Shown here: positions 62,358 through 64,000 of the stretch, in pieces
How positions within the stretch are numbered: position 1 is the first letter of the stretch
Layout: each line of letters begins with the position of its first letter
Source: Pseudovirgaria hyperparasitica
Taxonomy: Eukaryota
Strand: one strand, 5' to 3'
Length of the DNA: 64,000 bases
Assembly (NCBI GenBank): GCA_010093815.1
Contig: ML996567.1
Position numbers and translations under genes: made by a program
The notes under the pieces: generated by a model
Told to the model about the DNA's origin: nothing
The model's database searches: none
The model's input: the letters and a program-made list of their open reading frames with translations, nothing else

Positions 62358-63611
62358 GGTAAATTTTTGGAAAGACCAAGGAATACCAAACACGGGAAGC
62401 TGCTCGGTAGTCTCTTCACATATGGGCCGTGTCATATCAAATCCGTCCCGTCTGTTCCGTTATCAGTTCAACTTTATGTTTTGTGGGCTGCTGACAGCGG
62501 CGATATCCATCATGGCTATGATAGTCAAGGTTGACTCTGGAATGCAAGGGAGGTTTCGTGACTACAGTGCGAAGCTGACGGCAATAGGCAAGCTGCGAGC
62601 CAACCATATGTGCATTGTGTGACGCAATGGCGATGAGTTCATGTGATTGAGGCCTCTATGGTTTCAGAATGTACTGTTGGTTCCCTATGATCGCCACTAT
62701 CTCCACAATGATAGGCGGAGTCTCGGTATTTGACGATCTCATTGCCAGGTTGTCTGGCTTCGAAAGTGTCCAAGCCATCCTGTTCTACATTCACTTTTCG
62801 AGTATATCAGCCAATCGCAATTATCGGAAGGTGTTGGATCGTGACGAGATTACCAATGAAGCGCTACAGTTGCACTATAAACTGTGCCCCAAATGGTTCG
62901 CTGTGTGATATTTCTCATAGTATCTCGCGACTAGATAGGTGTTGTACTGTTTGCATACTATTTGGTATTAGGGTCTATCTCTGCGGAAATCACGCCACTC
63001 ATTTATGCTTGGCAAACGGCAGGAGATACGAAGAGAAAGCGATTAGTTCGGTCGAAAAAGTCCGAGGCGATTGGACTATGATAACATCACTCGATGCGTA
63101 GCTCCTTTCGTTCGTCGGCATGTATACCGGGATTGTATGAATGAAATAGGGATGTAGTAGTCGCTATAGGTACTAACCGGCTGACGGTCTGAAGTCACGT
63201 CATCGGGCTGTTCCTATACGGACCCAACACCAGGATCCGCTGTATCGGGGCAGGGGCTGCTCTAGGATACGATCTTGCTTGCTATCCTAGCTGGAACTCT
63301 TATGCACGATCGCTTCTGTCTTGCATTTCTGGACCGCCGACACCCACAGAAGACGCGAAGAGTGGGGCAAGTCGGCCGACGTTATCGATATGCATACACA
63401 TGATTGGAAAGAAAGAGCTCGGAGAGAGCGCCGAAGAGGGTAACGGAAACATGTTGGCTGTTGGTAAATACGGGTTTGCCGACATGAGCCACGTACAGAA
63501 GGAAGAATTCAGCCCGGTGTGTTGGAGTAGGGCCGTGATAAGGCCACACGGCTTATACTTAGGTGAGATGGCGGACGCGTTGCTGATGGATGTATGGTCA
63601 GTGGTATGTGC

Positions 63612-63648
63612 GTGAGTGAGTGAGTGAGTGAGTGAGTGAGTGAGTGAG
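63612..63648. repeat. (GAGT)n microsatellite
   Basis: Seen directly. Confidence 0.9.
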
Positions 63649-64000
63649 AGTGGAGTGCTGATGAAAAAAGCAAAATACCTGGTGGTGGCATGGTAGGGCG
63701 GGAAGAATAGTCCATGCGATTTAGACCTCCATCATCTCCGTCCAAGAAAGTGATGAGCGGGATCTACTAACCGGTTATAGACTAGCTCTTCAGCCTTAAA
63801 TCCACGTCTGTCAACTCGATCTTCCCCAGTCACGAGCTCCTCTATCATCTTCACTCTATCATGACTCTCAAGTTTATGATTGCACGGAGGCGCTATTTCC
63901 GCGGTTTAGCATTATACGACACGCGATCAGGGTTCCCTTACAACGCTACGGTTTCCGTCTCCTGTCGCAATGATGAACCCATCTCTCCGAACAAAGGCAA

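Noticed and set aside
61685..63101. YIHT/LPPY-repeat ORFs and fragmentary ORFs at the window end
   Set aside because: They are microsatellite-derived or short, with no recognisable homology, so they cannot support a gene or pseudogene call.
1..64000. CRISPR array, rRNA, telomere repeats or a secondary-metabolite backbone gene
   Set aside because: None seen: no repeat-spacer structure, TTAGGG array, PKS or NRPS.

Overview
Eukaryotic DNA from a filamentous ascomycete: short GT-AG introns with CTRAC/CTAAC branch points, many microsatellites, and no operons, CRISPR array or transposase. About 25 protein genes and one intron-containing tRNA-Pro(AGG) can be modelled by hand. Conserved genes include HRD1, a glyoxalase/VOC protein, EMG1/NEP1, a 2OG-Fe(II) dioxygenase, SMC6, two F-box proteins, NoxB, DUF2434, RTA1, a laccase, a class III sirtuin, pectinesterase, homocysteine S-methyltransferase, ANT1, PalB/Rim13 and an oxysterol-binding protein. 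The interval from about 28.9 to 48.8 kb is rich in accessory-looking genes. The main observation is a family of four small, very divergent genes that I cannot assign to a known family (30884-31352 on +; 36876-37784, 37964-38434 and 39420-39826 on -). All four have a phase-1 intron at the same aligned D/E codon and share a motif pattern, and one member is entirely missing from the ORF track. Also notable are a DUF5071-like domain behind a mitochondrial-presequence-like N-terminus, a sirtuin with GTS changed to RTS, an orphan head-to-head ORF pair beside the tRNA, an AT-rich secreted effector candidate and a GC-AG intron in EMG1. All family assignments come from motif recognition, not from database searches.
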